Of a DNA stretch of 64,000 nucleotides, positions 50,927 through 61,723 are shown one piece after another (within the stretch, counting starts at the first letter, position 1; every line of letters starts with the position of its first letter). The stretch lies in assembly GCA_030295235.1 (NCBI GenBank), contig AP026134.1, positions 930,001-994,000 of the forward strand. Direction: 5' to 3'. The DNA comes from Fistulifera solaris (taxonomy: Eukaryota). The translations under genes and the position numbers were made by a program. The notes beneath the pieces were generated by a model that was given only the letters and a program-made list of their open reading frames with translations, ran no database searches and was not told the origin of the DNA.

Positions 50927-53900
50927 ATGGCGGAAGGAACTCCTGTGAAAGTGTACCCGTGGCACGCGAAGACTGCTGATGAGTGCTTTCAAGAGCTTGG
51001 CTGCAAAAACGATCATTTGACGACCGGTTTGACGACGGATGAGGCGAACGCACGTCTGGAGAAGTATGGTGAAAACAAACTCTCAGAGAAGGAAAAAGTG
51101 ACTCTTTTGCAGCGTATCTGGAATCAAGTTGCCAATGTGTTGGTTGGTATCCTCGTCTTTGTTGCTCTCGTGTCCGCAATCCGTGCTGCGACCATCGAGA
51201 CGACGGACGGTAAGATTACTAACACCATTCAAGTCTGCCTCATTGTTTTCGTCATCACGTAAGTACTTGATCTACGCAGCGTCGTGATGTTGCGTACGAG
51301 ATTCGCTTTCTCATTCAACCCTCCTTTCAGCATCAACACCATCATCGGCATCGTTCAAGAAGGTTCCGCCGAAAAGGCTGCGGAAGCACTCAAGAATATG
51401 TTGTCGTCGGACGCCGTCGTCGTCCGTAACGGCAAGGATGTCAAGATCCCTGCTACTCAGATCGTCCCTGGTGATATCATCCGCCTCTCGCTCGGTGACC
51501 GTGTTCCCGCGGATATGCGCATGTTGCGTGTCGGTAACCTCGCCGCCTCCGAGGCCGCCTTGACCGGTGAATCTGTCCCCATCGACAAGACGGTAGACCC
51601 CATTGTCACGGCCGGAGATCCCAACTCGCAGCCCCTCGGTGATCGTCACAACATGTGCTACAGTACTACGCTTATTTCGCAAGGTACCGGAACCGGTGTT
51701 GCCATTGCTACGGGAGATCAGACGGAAATCGGTACGATCAACGCTCTTGTGAACAAGGTTGAGAAGAAGAAAACCAACGTGTTGGAGCAGATTGATAACG
51801 TGTCCAAGATTTTGGCCATTGGCATTGCCATCACTTCGGGTATTACTTGGGCCGTTGCATCTACCATGGCCGATATGAGTATCGTCGACGGTCTTTCCAC
51901 GGCTTTGGTCTGCGCTGTGGCCATGATCCCCGAAGGTTTGGAAGCTATCGTCACCATGACTTACGCCTGGGCTGTATCGAACATGGCCAAGCAAAATGCT
52001 ATTATCCGTGCTTTGCCCGCTGTTGAGACCCTCGGTAGTGTCACCGTTATCTGCTCTGATAAGACTGGTACCTTGACCAAAAACGAAATGACTTTGGTGG
52101 CCTTTGTCACTTCCGGAAAGCGTTACAAGTTCAACCAATACGCCGAGGAGCGTAAGCCTACCAACTTTGTCGTTGACCCTGCTTACATGGCCACGCGTGC
52201 GGATCACTCCAAGTTCATCAAGGCGAGTGAAGTCATTAAGAAGGGACCCAGTTATGCTCGCAAGTCCAAACATGGTAGCAGTAACACCTTCCCGTTCGGT
52301 ATGACTCTCGGTTTCGGAAAGACGGCTCACGGCGGTGTCGAGCCCGAGGAACCCGAGCCAATCACCGAACTCAAGGAAGGAGAAGAGGGCGGTGTCGCTT
52401 TTGGCTCTGGTGAATCCCCCGACAGTGCTTTCTTGCGCAAGGTTCTTTCTGGTGGTATCCTTTGCTCTAAGTGTGTTTTTGGGAGATGGTGGCGGGCGCC
52501 AAGGTGAAATCGGTAACCCCACCGAGCTTTCGATTCTTCGTGCTGCTTATTTCGGTGATGTAAATGTGTCAGAAGTCAAGGATAGTTCCGCGGTTGTTGC
52601 CGAAGTGCCTTTTTCGAGTGAATACAAGTTCATGGCCACGGTTCACGAGCCTGTTCCGGCAAATGACGGTGATGAATACGAAGGAAGCTATGTTGTACAT
52701 GTTAAGGGTGCTCCTGATCGCATGATCCCCCTTTGCAAGTACCAAGCCAAGAATGGATCCTTCGCTAAGGCGGATTTGGAACCCTGTGACTCCAAGTACT
52801 GGATTGAACAGATTGCCATCCTTTCGTCTCATGGTTTGCGTGTGCTGGCTTTGACCCGTGGTTCGGTCCCCAAGGACGCTGTCAAAGAAGGCCAGCAGCT
52901 TGGAGCTGACTTTGTCTTGGAACGTGGTGAACCCTGGTTGACGATTGTTGGATTGTGTGCCATCATGGATCCTCCCCGTCCCGAGTGTGTTGCTGCTGTA
53001 GCGGAAGCTCATGGAGCTGGTGTTCGTGTTGCCATGATTACTGGTGACCACCGAGATACCGCTTTGGCTATTGGTGGTATGTTGGGACTTGTTGACAAAC
53101 AACATTCGGACGCTATTACCGGTCCTGAGTTGGATGCCATGAGTGACGACGAACTGAAAGTTGCTGTCCAGAAATACAATGTGTTCGCACGCGCTTCACC
53201 GCAAAACAAGATCAAGATTGTCAAGGCTCTGATGTCTCAAGGAGAAATCGCTGGTATGACTGGAGATGGTGTGAACGATGCTCCGGCGTTGAAGGCTGCT
53301 GACAGTAAGTATTTCGTCCAATGCATCGCATCTTTTTTTCTTACCTCAATCAGTCGCTAATAATTTACTTTTTAAAAATATAGTGGGAGTTGCGATGGGC
53401 AAGGAAGGTACCGATGTTGCCCGCGAGGCTGCTGAAATGATTTTGGCCGATGACAACTTTGCTACTATTATTTCTGCTGTAAGGGAAGGTCGTGTGGTGT
53501 GGGATAACCTTCGTAAGGTGTTGTTCGTCAACACCCCCATCAACAACGCTCAGGGTATGAGTGTGCTCTTTGGTCTTTTGTTGGGTTTGGAGGAGTCCCC
53601 CCTCTCTTCCATTCAAGTGTTGTACTGTAACTTGATCTGTGCTATCACTCTCGGTTTCGTGACAGCCGTTGAGCCTGCTGAAGATGGTATCATGGACCAA
53701 CCTCCCCGCCGTATTGGAAAACGCCTCATTGGTCGTTTCCTCTTCCTTCGAATTGCAATTGCTACGATTGTTCTTATTGTCGTCACGGTCGGATCTGTCT
53801 TTCTTCTCAAAAACAATTCCAAGAATTACACGCTCGAAGAAGAACGCGCTCAGTGCCTCAACACGCTTTCATTTGCTGCCATTTGCGTCACAATGAGCGC

Positions 53901-54258
53901 CCGATTCACTCGAAAGAGTGCCTTCCATATCCGCACTTTCCAGGGCAACCCGGTTGCTATCTGGTCATACATCATCATGAGTGTGCTCCAGATTTTCATC
54001 ACTTACACTCCGGGAATGAACGAAGTCATCTTTAGCCAGACTGGTATGGATGGCTTCCAGTGGCTCTTGGTGGTTGCCGGTATGGGAATTGTTTTTATTA
54101 TTATGGAATTCGAAAAGGCTGTCCGCAATTACTTGACCTTCTTGAAATACGATACCGACGATCGTGAACTCGACCAGTTCGACACTGTTCCCGCACCCGA
54201 CACCACACCTCTTCCTGCTGAGGTGGAACGATTTGGAAAAAATGAGTTGAAGCATTAA
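50927..54258 (+). CDS. Type II P-type cation-transporting ATPase
   Basis: [41 protein letters not shown]. Introns about 51259-51330 and 53306-53383; frameshift near 52480. Confidence 0.93.
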
Positions 54259-55021
54259 GTATTATGCTCAACTATTTTTGTCTGTCCGTTTGTGTTTTGT
54301 TGGGTCCTCAGTGATCATTTGGTCAAAAGATTGACAATTAAGTAAGGATAGAAACTTTATATCATTACATCCCTTCACTTTTAGCTGATAGAATCCACGC
54401 TGGATGTCTCCACGTTTCAAGTGGCCTCTCGGCAAACGATTGAGTCATTTAGCATTAGCAACCGCGAATGGATGCCGAAAGAGGCTCATGTTTAGTTATT
54501 GCTATAAACGTTTCGAAGGATACAATTCAATAAAAGGTAATGAACTGCTTTAAGATGACCTACAGCGCACGTTATGTCGAAAGTTTCACCGAGCTCCAAG
54601 GTTGTAAAAAAATTTGGACGTTGCGTGGCTGTGAGGCGTATCCGACTGGATTTTCGTCTTAAGTCACGAACTACTGATACCACAATTTCAGTCCGCTCTG
54701 CAAGTTTGCTGATATTTGTTTGTGTTCATTGCCCTAGTACGATTTCTTATCCTTGAGTTGCATTTGAAATGGAAGGCTTGATGATACAAAAGTCAGAATT
54801 TATGCACATCGATGTATGCCTTATTATTTACTATAGGCTAAAAGTGTCGGTCCTAGATTAGCACGACTGCATTATTTCAGTCATGAAACATATTATGCCG
54901 CAATCATGCGCGCTGCCTTTGTATTCGCATTGGCTTTCTCGTCCAGACCATTGTCATTCTTCCTTATTGTGTTTCTTTTCCCGACAAGTCATTCCGCTTG
55001 ACGTTTAAATCATCACAGAGA

Positions 55022-55909
55022 ATGAAATTCATCACGTTAATTTCCTGCGTTTGGAAGGTTTTCTTGATCATGGCGGCGCAACCCCTTTTAAGCTTCGCCG
55101 ACGAAAAGCAGAATTGTGTGCCGGGTCTTCACAATGTCACTGATGATACACACAGGATAGCACCGCCACGTTTCACAGTATCATGGGAAACAACCGCCGA
55201 TCCCGAAGTTGATATCGTCATTGAAGTCATTCGTGAATGGAGTCCGATCGGGGCGGATCGTTTTTATCAGCTGGTCCTTGATAACTTTTACAATTGCGCT
55301 ACTTTCTTTCGTGTTGTTCCGGGTAAGAAATACACCGTTTGTTCGAACAGATCTTACGCTAAGAGCATCTGTTTGACTCATTTTTTTGGTTCAGGCTTTG
55401 TCATTCAATTCGGTTTGGCGGCAGAACCCGAAGAAACGGCGAAATGGGATCACGCCATTGTCGATGACACTTACAATGTGCAGTCGAATAAGCTCGGCAC
55501 TCTCAGTTTCGCCATGGCCGGTCCGGGAACTCGTACTTCGCAAATCTTTGTGAATCTTGCCGACAATACCAATCTGGATAGTCAAGGATTCACTCCGTTT
55601 GCTCGAACAATCGCGGGCTCGTCGGTATGGCATGAGATTTACAACCCCACCAAAGAGTCGGGAGGAGCGAGTCAAGGAAAGTTGACACGAGAAGGAAACA
55701 AGTGGATTCTCGCCGAATTTCCCGATATTGATCTCATTCTATCGACTTCTTACGAAATCATCGAAAATGATGACGACACGAATGACACGCCTGTGCCGGC
55801 AAGTGAAGCAGCTCTGGACACTCCAGTTCCCACAGCATCGCGAAATTTACAGTTAGTCTTGTGTGCGCTGGAAGTGTCCGTGCTATTACTTTTGATCAAA
55901 TTCTACTAA
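55022..55909 (+). CDS. Secreted or membrane-anchored cyclophilin-type peptidyl-prolyl isomerase
   Basis: WSPIGADRF, FFRVVPG, FVIQFG, GTLSFAMAGPGTRTSQIFVNL. Hydrophobic N- and C-termini; probable in-frame intron about 55323-55395. Confidence 0.85.
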   Translation: MKFITLISCVWKVFLIMAAQPLLSFADEKQNCVPGLHNVTDDTHRIAPPRFTVSWETTADPEVDIVIEVIREWSPIGADRFYQLVLDNFYNCATFFRVVPGKKYTVCSNRSYAKSICLTHFFGSGFVIQFGLAAEPEETAKWDHAIVDDTYNVQSNKLGTLSFAMAGPGTRTSQIFVNLADNTNLDSQGFTPFARTIAGSSVWHEIYNPTKESGGASQGKLTREGNKWILAEFPDIDLILSTSYEIIENDDDTNDTPVPASEAALDTPVPTASRNLQLVLCALEVSVLLLLIKFY

Positions 55910-55949
55910 TGAGAATTGCAAGGAAGCAATAGATCGAGCAATGCGGGCA

Positions 55950-56275
55950 GAATACATCCAACCTCCCAATCCCATTCCTCTGAGTAACAAAGGCTGACCA
56001 TTCGGATCAACAATTTCCTGTTTGTTGGCTTACACATATTCAGATGCAACAACAGTTTTCTCTTCTCGATTTCAATCCAATTGATGTTCCACCCAGCAGC
56101 AAGAACAGTCAATTCAAGCGGCCAACGTCCTGAAAAAAGCTCGACCTCTCGACGAATTGGGACCCAGTTCTGCCAGCCGCCGGTGCTCGGAAGAATATTC
56201 TCTATTGCCAGTGTAACCGAGTTGGTCGATAGTTTGAATGCGCCATCGCCACTAAATGAGGCAATACGGTACCTG
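55950..56275 (-). pseudogene. Fragment of a third CBM6-GH5 gene
   Basis: RYRIASFSGDGAFKL...TGGWQNWV...AAGWNINWIEI, then a frameshift and stop, then ANKQEIVDPNGQPLLLRGMGLGGWM; truncated at both ends. Confidence 0.85.
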
Positions 56276-56815
56276 GTAAGGTCTAGATAGATACTGGGTA
56301 CCGGTAGGTAGAAACTAGAAAATAATACTCCATTTAAGTGTTAGCCTTGTAATTTGTGATCACCCTACTAGTTTCCAGAATCTACCGGAGAGACTGTTTC
56401 TCTCGACTTAGTAGAGTCTAGAAAGAGCTCCAGGGAAGCTGTAGAGAAGCGAGTGAGCTAGAAAGAGTCTTTAGCCTTCTATATTTAGCATTGAATAGAG
56501 TATCTCTAAGGCGAGCACTATTTTTCTGTAGCTAGACGCACAAGAAGGAACTGAGCTCAAGAACATGTGAAAGAACGATAACCTATCAATCTCTACAGAT
56601 GCATTAATAGATAAATGGTGATTGCTGCGGAAAGGAGAAAGTTCGGTGAAGATTTGATTTTCCTCCATCGTCCATTTATCTAACAATGGCAGGGTTCTTC
56701 CACGAAAAAAGGTCTCAACAAGTGGCTGTAGAAGTAAGCTTGAAGCGAACAACTCTATTTCAAGCTCTCGCGACGTTGATCGTTTTAATCATTATGATTA
56801 TGAAACAGTAGACTT

Positions 56816-58978
56816 CTAGATGACAGGTGCTAGCTCAACCCAGTTTAAATTCCATCCTCCGGCCAAAGCACGGATCACTAGTTCATATTCGCCTTGAGGT
56901 AGCTTAATGGTCTCTTCGATGGTGGTAAAATTCTGCCAGCCGCCCGTAACTGGGGGGTTTTGAGTTTTTCCAGCTTTGGTTCCATTTACTAGATTGAGTT
57001 CAACTTGAAAAATTCCTCCACCTCCTAAACTGGATACACGATAACGAGCTTGATAGGTTCCAGCTGTTGCGACGTTGATTTTGTACGCCAACCAACCTGA
57101 CGGTTCCAGCCAAAACACATTCAGTCCTCCGCCGATGTCCTCCGTGATCTCATTCGTTGCATTCGAGACGCTGCATGCATCTTCCGCTTCAATGCGCGTT
57201 CGGCTTTTAACTGCTATCGAAGCTGAACTGGTGCAATTCGTGGAACGTCCAGTAAGAGATTTCATGGTATGATGGTTGGGAAATGCGTTCCTTATACGCG
57301 TAGCCTCCGCGACTTGTAACATGACTTGGAAAGAAAAGGCCGGGTCCGGCTTTGTGGAGTTACTATTTTTCCAGTGATGAAGGAGAGTTTGGTACCCACT
57401 TGGTGGATATATCGAGAATGACGAAGAAGTCGACTGGAGCTTCTTAATTGTCCACCAGTGCCAGGGAATTTGATTAACTTCTAGTAATTCGACGGCGCTC
57501 TTGTACCAGTTGTTGTCGTTTTCTCCCGATTCGCCCATCCATAGAGGAATATTATATTCGTCTCTGAGGTCGATGTACTCTTGCACCGACTCGAGCGTAT
57601 TGTCAACCCAGTATCTATGGAAACTGAGAACGGCGTTGTCATCTTCCAGTGGCCACAGACCGTTGTGGTTGTTGCCCCAGCAGTTTCCTTCGATAAAAAT
57701 GGCATGATTTTGGTCTACTTTGCGAATCGCAGCTATGGCTTGCTCATAGAAAGATCGCAATGGTAGATTGTAGATGTCGGTGCAGCCATTCGTGTTCGTC
57801 GATTTATGAAAGTCCCACGTCGGTACATTCAAGAACTTGAAAGTAGTACTGGTTGATAGAGTGTTTGCTGTTTCAAATTGCCAATTCGGTTCGTTCAACA
57901 AGTCGTAGCCAGCAACCCACGTTGCGTTGGCGTACCGCTCTGCTACCCGTTGCCATAACGCTATAGCTTTTCGTACATTTTCCTTATCTTCCCACAAACT
58001 CGGCTTTGAACTATCGTAGTCCGAAATTTTGGAATCTGTACCTTGTCCGCCTGGTGCTGCATGTAGAACCGGAATGACGTATATTTTCTCCGCAGTGCAC
58101 CACTTGATCACTTGATCCAATCGATCGAACCCATCCTGTATCCATGTATCCTTCCCGACTATCAGTTCTTTCTCGATCGGAAGCGTAAATAGATTGTAAT
58201 GCAAAGGTATTCGTATAGAATTGAAGCCTGCCTGTTTGATCGCTTGAACGTCTTCCAGCGTAAAGAAATTATCGAGCCATGCCTTTCGGTATGTTGCTAG
58301 ATTTTCCTCACCAATCAAATTTGCAACTTGTTCGAACATTTGCCATTGTGCGACGGCCGGTTCCGCCAGCATCATGTAAGGTTCTTGCAGCATCCAGTTT
58401 CCTATACCCATGCCCCGAAAATGTAACGGACGGCCGTTGGGGTCGACAAGGTGTTTTCCGGCGGCACGGACGTATCCGGTTGGTTGCGCTCGAAGTGAAA
58501 GGTTGGAGCTTCTTTTTAGTTCAATCCACGCTAGATTCCATCCTCCGCTCTTGACACTAACAATGAGCGCTTTTGTACCGGCCGCTATCTCTACTCGCTC
58601 CTGTATGGTTACCCATGATTGCCATCCGTCTGTTTTCGGCAACGATTTTACCGTCGATAATAACTGTGATTCGGTCGCCAATTCGAACGCGCCGCCATCA
58701 ACTGATGCAATTCGATAACTCGCAATATAGGTGCCTCCAACTTCTACATCAACTTCCCAACTCAACCAGTCTCCCTCATCAAAAAAGCCCGCGTTAAAAC
58801 CTTGTCGTTCCGTCGATTCTTCCACATTCACTCCGTGACTTCGGCAGAACCGACTGGCATCGATCCGTATGCGATCGAGCTCTTTGTTAAGCTGGTATAT
58901 CTCGCATTGTGGTCCTGGAACGCCAGCTTGTGTTGTTAGCCATCGCAGGCCGCTTCCTATTATTATTTCTTGGTCCAT
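56816..58978 (-). CDS. CBM6-GH5-CBM6 glycoside hydrolase (intact, intronless paralog of 3128-5236)
   Basis: 720-aa ORF; YDLLNEPNW, WMGESGEN and two CBM6 domains; last 24 residues nearly identical to the paralog. Confidence 0.92.
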   Translation of the reverse strand: MDQEIIIGSGLRWLTTQAGVPGPQCEIYQLNKELDRIRIDASRFCRSHGVNVEESTERQGFNAGFFDEGDWLSWEVDVEVGGTYIASYRIASVDGGAFELATESQLLSTVKSLPKTDGWQSWVTIQERVEIAAGTKALIVSVKSGGWNLAWIELKRSSNLSLRAQPTGYVRAAGKHLVDPNGRPLHFRGMGIGNWMLQEPYMMLAEPAVAQWQMFEQVANLIGEENLATYRKAWLDNFFTLEDVQAIKQAGFNSIRIPLHYNLFTLPIEKELIVGKDTWIQDGFDRLDQVIKWCTAEKIYVIPVLHAAPGGQGTDSKISDYDSSKPSLWEDKENVRKAIALWQRVAERYANATWVAGYDLLNEPNWQFETANTLSTSTTFKFLNVPTWDFHKSTNTNGCTDIYNLPLRSFYEQAIAAIRKVDQNHAIFIEGNCWGNNHNGLWPLEDDNAVLSFHRYWVDNTLESVQEYIDLRDEYNIPLWMGESGENDNNWYKSAVELLEVNQIPWHWWTIKKLQSTSSSFSIYPPSGYQTLLHHWKNSNSTKPDPAFSFQVMLQVAEATRIRNAFPNHHTMKSLTGRSTNCTSSASIAVKSRTRIEAEDACSVSNATNEITEDIGGGLNVFWLEPSGWLAYKINVATAGTYQARYRVSSLGGGGIFQVELNLVNGTKAGKTQNPPVTGGWQNFTTIEETIKLPQGEYELVIRALAGGWNLNWVELAPVI

Positions 58979-59413
58979 GGTGACTATAAAAAAAATGGTG
59001 GTGATGCGAAAATTTGTGGTCGGTCTTTCTGGGCCGACGAAATCTCGGGAAAACTCTGGGAAGTGGAAAGCGGATCATTCCCCCTACTATCAAAATGCCA
59101 GCTGATATTCAATAATTTGTGAAGTCTTGCTAATTTTATTGTACAAGAGCTCCACTCAGACCGGTACCAGATCCCCTATCATTTTACAAATGAATGTCCA
59201 ATGACCTCCGATCAATGACCTCTATAACCCATAAACCCTATCGGACCTGGTACTGGACGACTCCTGAAACATCAGAGAACAAAAAACAACTCTCACTGTT
59301 CGCGCATGAACTACGTACCTGGTATTTTGTAGTTACTGACCCTTTTACGACGGTTGAGTCTCTTCATTGACAGAGCTATCAATTACCTAAAAAGCTATGA
59401 TATTGGTAAGAGA

Positions 59414-60350
59414 ATGCAGCAAGAACTGACACAATGGCTAACTGGGAAACTCTCCAGTCTACCGCGTATCCTAGTACTCGACGGAGGCGTGAGCAGTAAT
59501 CTTGGACCGGAATCCAATTTCGCATACCGGTCGTTATGGTCGAGTAGTTTACTGTTATCACCCGAAGGCCGGCAGCGAATCCTCCAAGGTCATCTGAGTT
59601 GGAAAGAAGCGCATGTGTTGACGACTGTTACATATCAATGTCATTACGAACGTCGATTTTGGCCCGACATTATGACAGAAGAGTTGATGGATGACATGTG
59701 GAAGCAGGGGATTGACTTGGCACGGCAAGCGGCACAAGATCAGTTCGTAGTCGCTAGCTCGGGCTGCTATGGCGCCGCTTTGGCGAACGGAGCGGAATAT
59801 ACGGGAGAATACGGAGAAGCAACTCTCGAGGATCTCATCCAATTTCATCGCCGCAAACTGAAACGTGTACTGCAGCTTCAACCGCATGGTCTGGCTTTGG
59901 AAACCATTCCTAGTTTACCAGAATGTCAGGCTATTGCACAATTACTTCCTGAGATTAGTCCCATGCCCTGTTGGTTTCGTTGGCTTGTCGGAACGGCCGT
60001 GAGTTAAATGATGGTACGCCCGTCTCGCAAGCAATCCATGTACTGAAAGATGCCCCAGCAATAGGATTCAACTGTTGTAATAGTGACTATCTGGTGGAGC
60101 TCGTTACCTTTTACCAGAAAATAAAGCTATTGTTTTGTATCCCAACAGTGGAGAAGAGTGGGATGCTTCTCATGAGACCTGGGAAAAGAATTCTGGGAAT
60201 GTCGACAACGTTCCAGACAAGTTGCTGGAGTGTATTGAGAAACTACCTTCAACAACACGAATACTGGTAGGCGGATGCTGTCGGACGACACCTGCAGTGA
60301 TCCACCATTTGCGGACTCGCGTCGACGAGTATTTGAACACACAAGCTTAA
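59414..60350 (+). CDS. Homocysteine S-methyltransferase family protein
   Basis: VLDGG, YGAALANGAEYTG, LETIP, GFNC, YPNSGE, VGGCCRTTP; frameshifts near 59965 and 60115. Confidence 0.88.
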
Positions 60351-60514
60351 CGGAGTATCTAAGAACGTATTAAACTTTTTTCGTCCATAGTAGTATCTCC
60401 TAGTTATCCAAGAAGCGTTCGCTGCTGTAATATAAGAAGTTCAAAAATCCAATTTAGCCTGATGTTTGTAGAAGCTTTTCAAGGCTTTGTTTGAAAAATT
60501 TTCATTATGTTTTA

Positions 60515-61723
60515 CTATCGCTCTAATGTGACGGCGGCGCACTGGGCAGCTCGGGTCAATGCTTCTTGTGAAGCGGGTAAATCGAGAGCTGCTAACATGA
60601 GCAAAGGTGGCGCAAAAGCAATCGTCAAGTGAAAGGCGGCGTGCGACCAACCTCCGATTGGGTAATGAATAAACAACCAGCCCGATATGAGCAATACGAA
60701 CCAAAGCTTGAGGAAAAGTTCGGCATCGCCACGACGAAAAATCGGGATAGTATATGCGAGGATACTGATTATGATGCGGATTTTGTTACGACGGGGCCGG
60801 ACGCGGGTCTTGAACTGGCGATACATACAATCGGCATTGAATAAACAGTTCGCCACAAAAAAGTCCCAGCTGCCAGACGTTGCATACGACATGCATGCAG
60901 AGGCAAAGTGAATCATAGCTTGATCCATTCGTCGACTCCAGTGTGTGGTTCGAGCAGCACCAGGAGGAAGTGAGTGAGCGTACTTCCAGTGGTAAAGAAA
61001 AGAGAAGGGGGCATGAAAGATGATACCAAAGGCGGCGGCGAGTACCGGGAGGGGCGGCGGGGCTGGCATATTGTGCCATGACTGAGGAGCGAGACACCCA
61101 TCTGGGACATCATAGCGATACGAGGCGTCGTCAAGGAGTTCCCGTACAAGACTAGGATCAAGCCAGCGGCCAGCCAAGAGGAAATAAATGCAATACAAGG
61201 GGCTGGGTATCATGGTGAGAGCGTTCCACTTCTCTTGCGTAGCAGTCATTTCACGCTTGGCCATGTATTGTTGCAGGTCAAAGAAAGGATCCTCTCTCGA
61301 GTTATAGGGAGGAATCACACGAAGTTTGGAACCCTCTTGAAATTCAGGTCCGGATGAATCTAGCAACACCATTTCTTCTTGCTGTTGCTGCAATTCTCCG
61401 ACGGTCGAAAGAGAGCTTCCCGACGAAATGCTACCCATGTCTTCCTCGCCATCGTCACACCCAACTTCTCGCGAAGGCAGACACAACACATCTCCGGTTG
61501 CTTTTTTGTTATTATTCCATCGTGCAACTAATTGTAAATCTTTCCATGAGCTTGACCGAGGCTTCTTATCAACCGAAGGTAGACTGCGAAAAAGCCAGTA
61601 GCTCACTCGACCTCTACGACGTTTCTCCTCACCGTTCTGTTCAGCATTCAGCCCTTTCCGGTCTTCGGTTGAACGGGAAGTTCTCAATCGAGGTTGTGAC
61701 TGAGCAAGACGGGCGCTTTGCAT
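60515..61723 (-). CDS. PAQR/haemolysin-III (CREST superfamily) membrane protein
   Basis: SFLYH, RRMDQAMI and SHAAFH correspond to CREST SxxxH, D and HxxxH motifs; multiple TM helices after a disordered N-terminus. Confidence 0.65.
   Translation of the reverse strand: MQSARLAQSQPRLRTSRSTEDRKGLNAEQNGEEKRRRGRVSYWLFRSLPSVDKKPRSSSWKDLQLVARWNNNKKATGDVLCLPSREVGCDDGEEDMGSISSGSSLSTVGELQQQQEEMVLLDSSGPEFQEGSKLRVIPPYNSREDPFFDLQQYMAKREMTATQEKWNALTMIPSPLYCIYFLLAGRWLDPSLVRELLDDASYRYDVPDGCLAPQSWHNMPAPPPLPVLAAAFGIIFHAPFSFLYHWKYAHSLPPGAARTTHWSRRMDQAMIHFASACMSYATSGSWDFFVANCLFNADCMYRQFKTRVRPRRNKIRIIISILAYTIPIFRRGDAELFLKLWFVLLISGWLFIHYPIGGWSHAAFHLTIAFAPPLLMLAALDLPASQEALTRAAQCAAVTLER

Noticed and set aside
51311..52522. 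403-aa antisense ORF (also 52569-53105)
   Set aside because: Mirror of the strongly codon-biased ATPase gene; no recognisable motifs.
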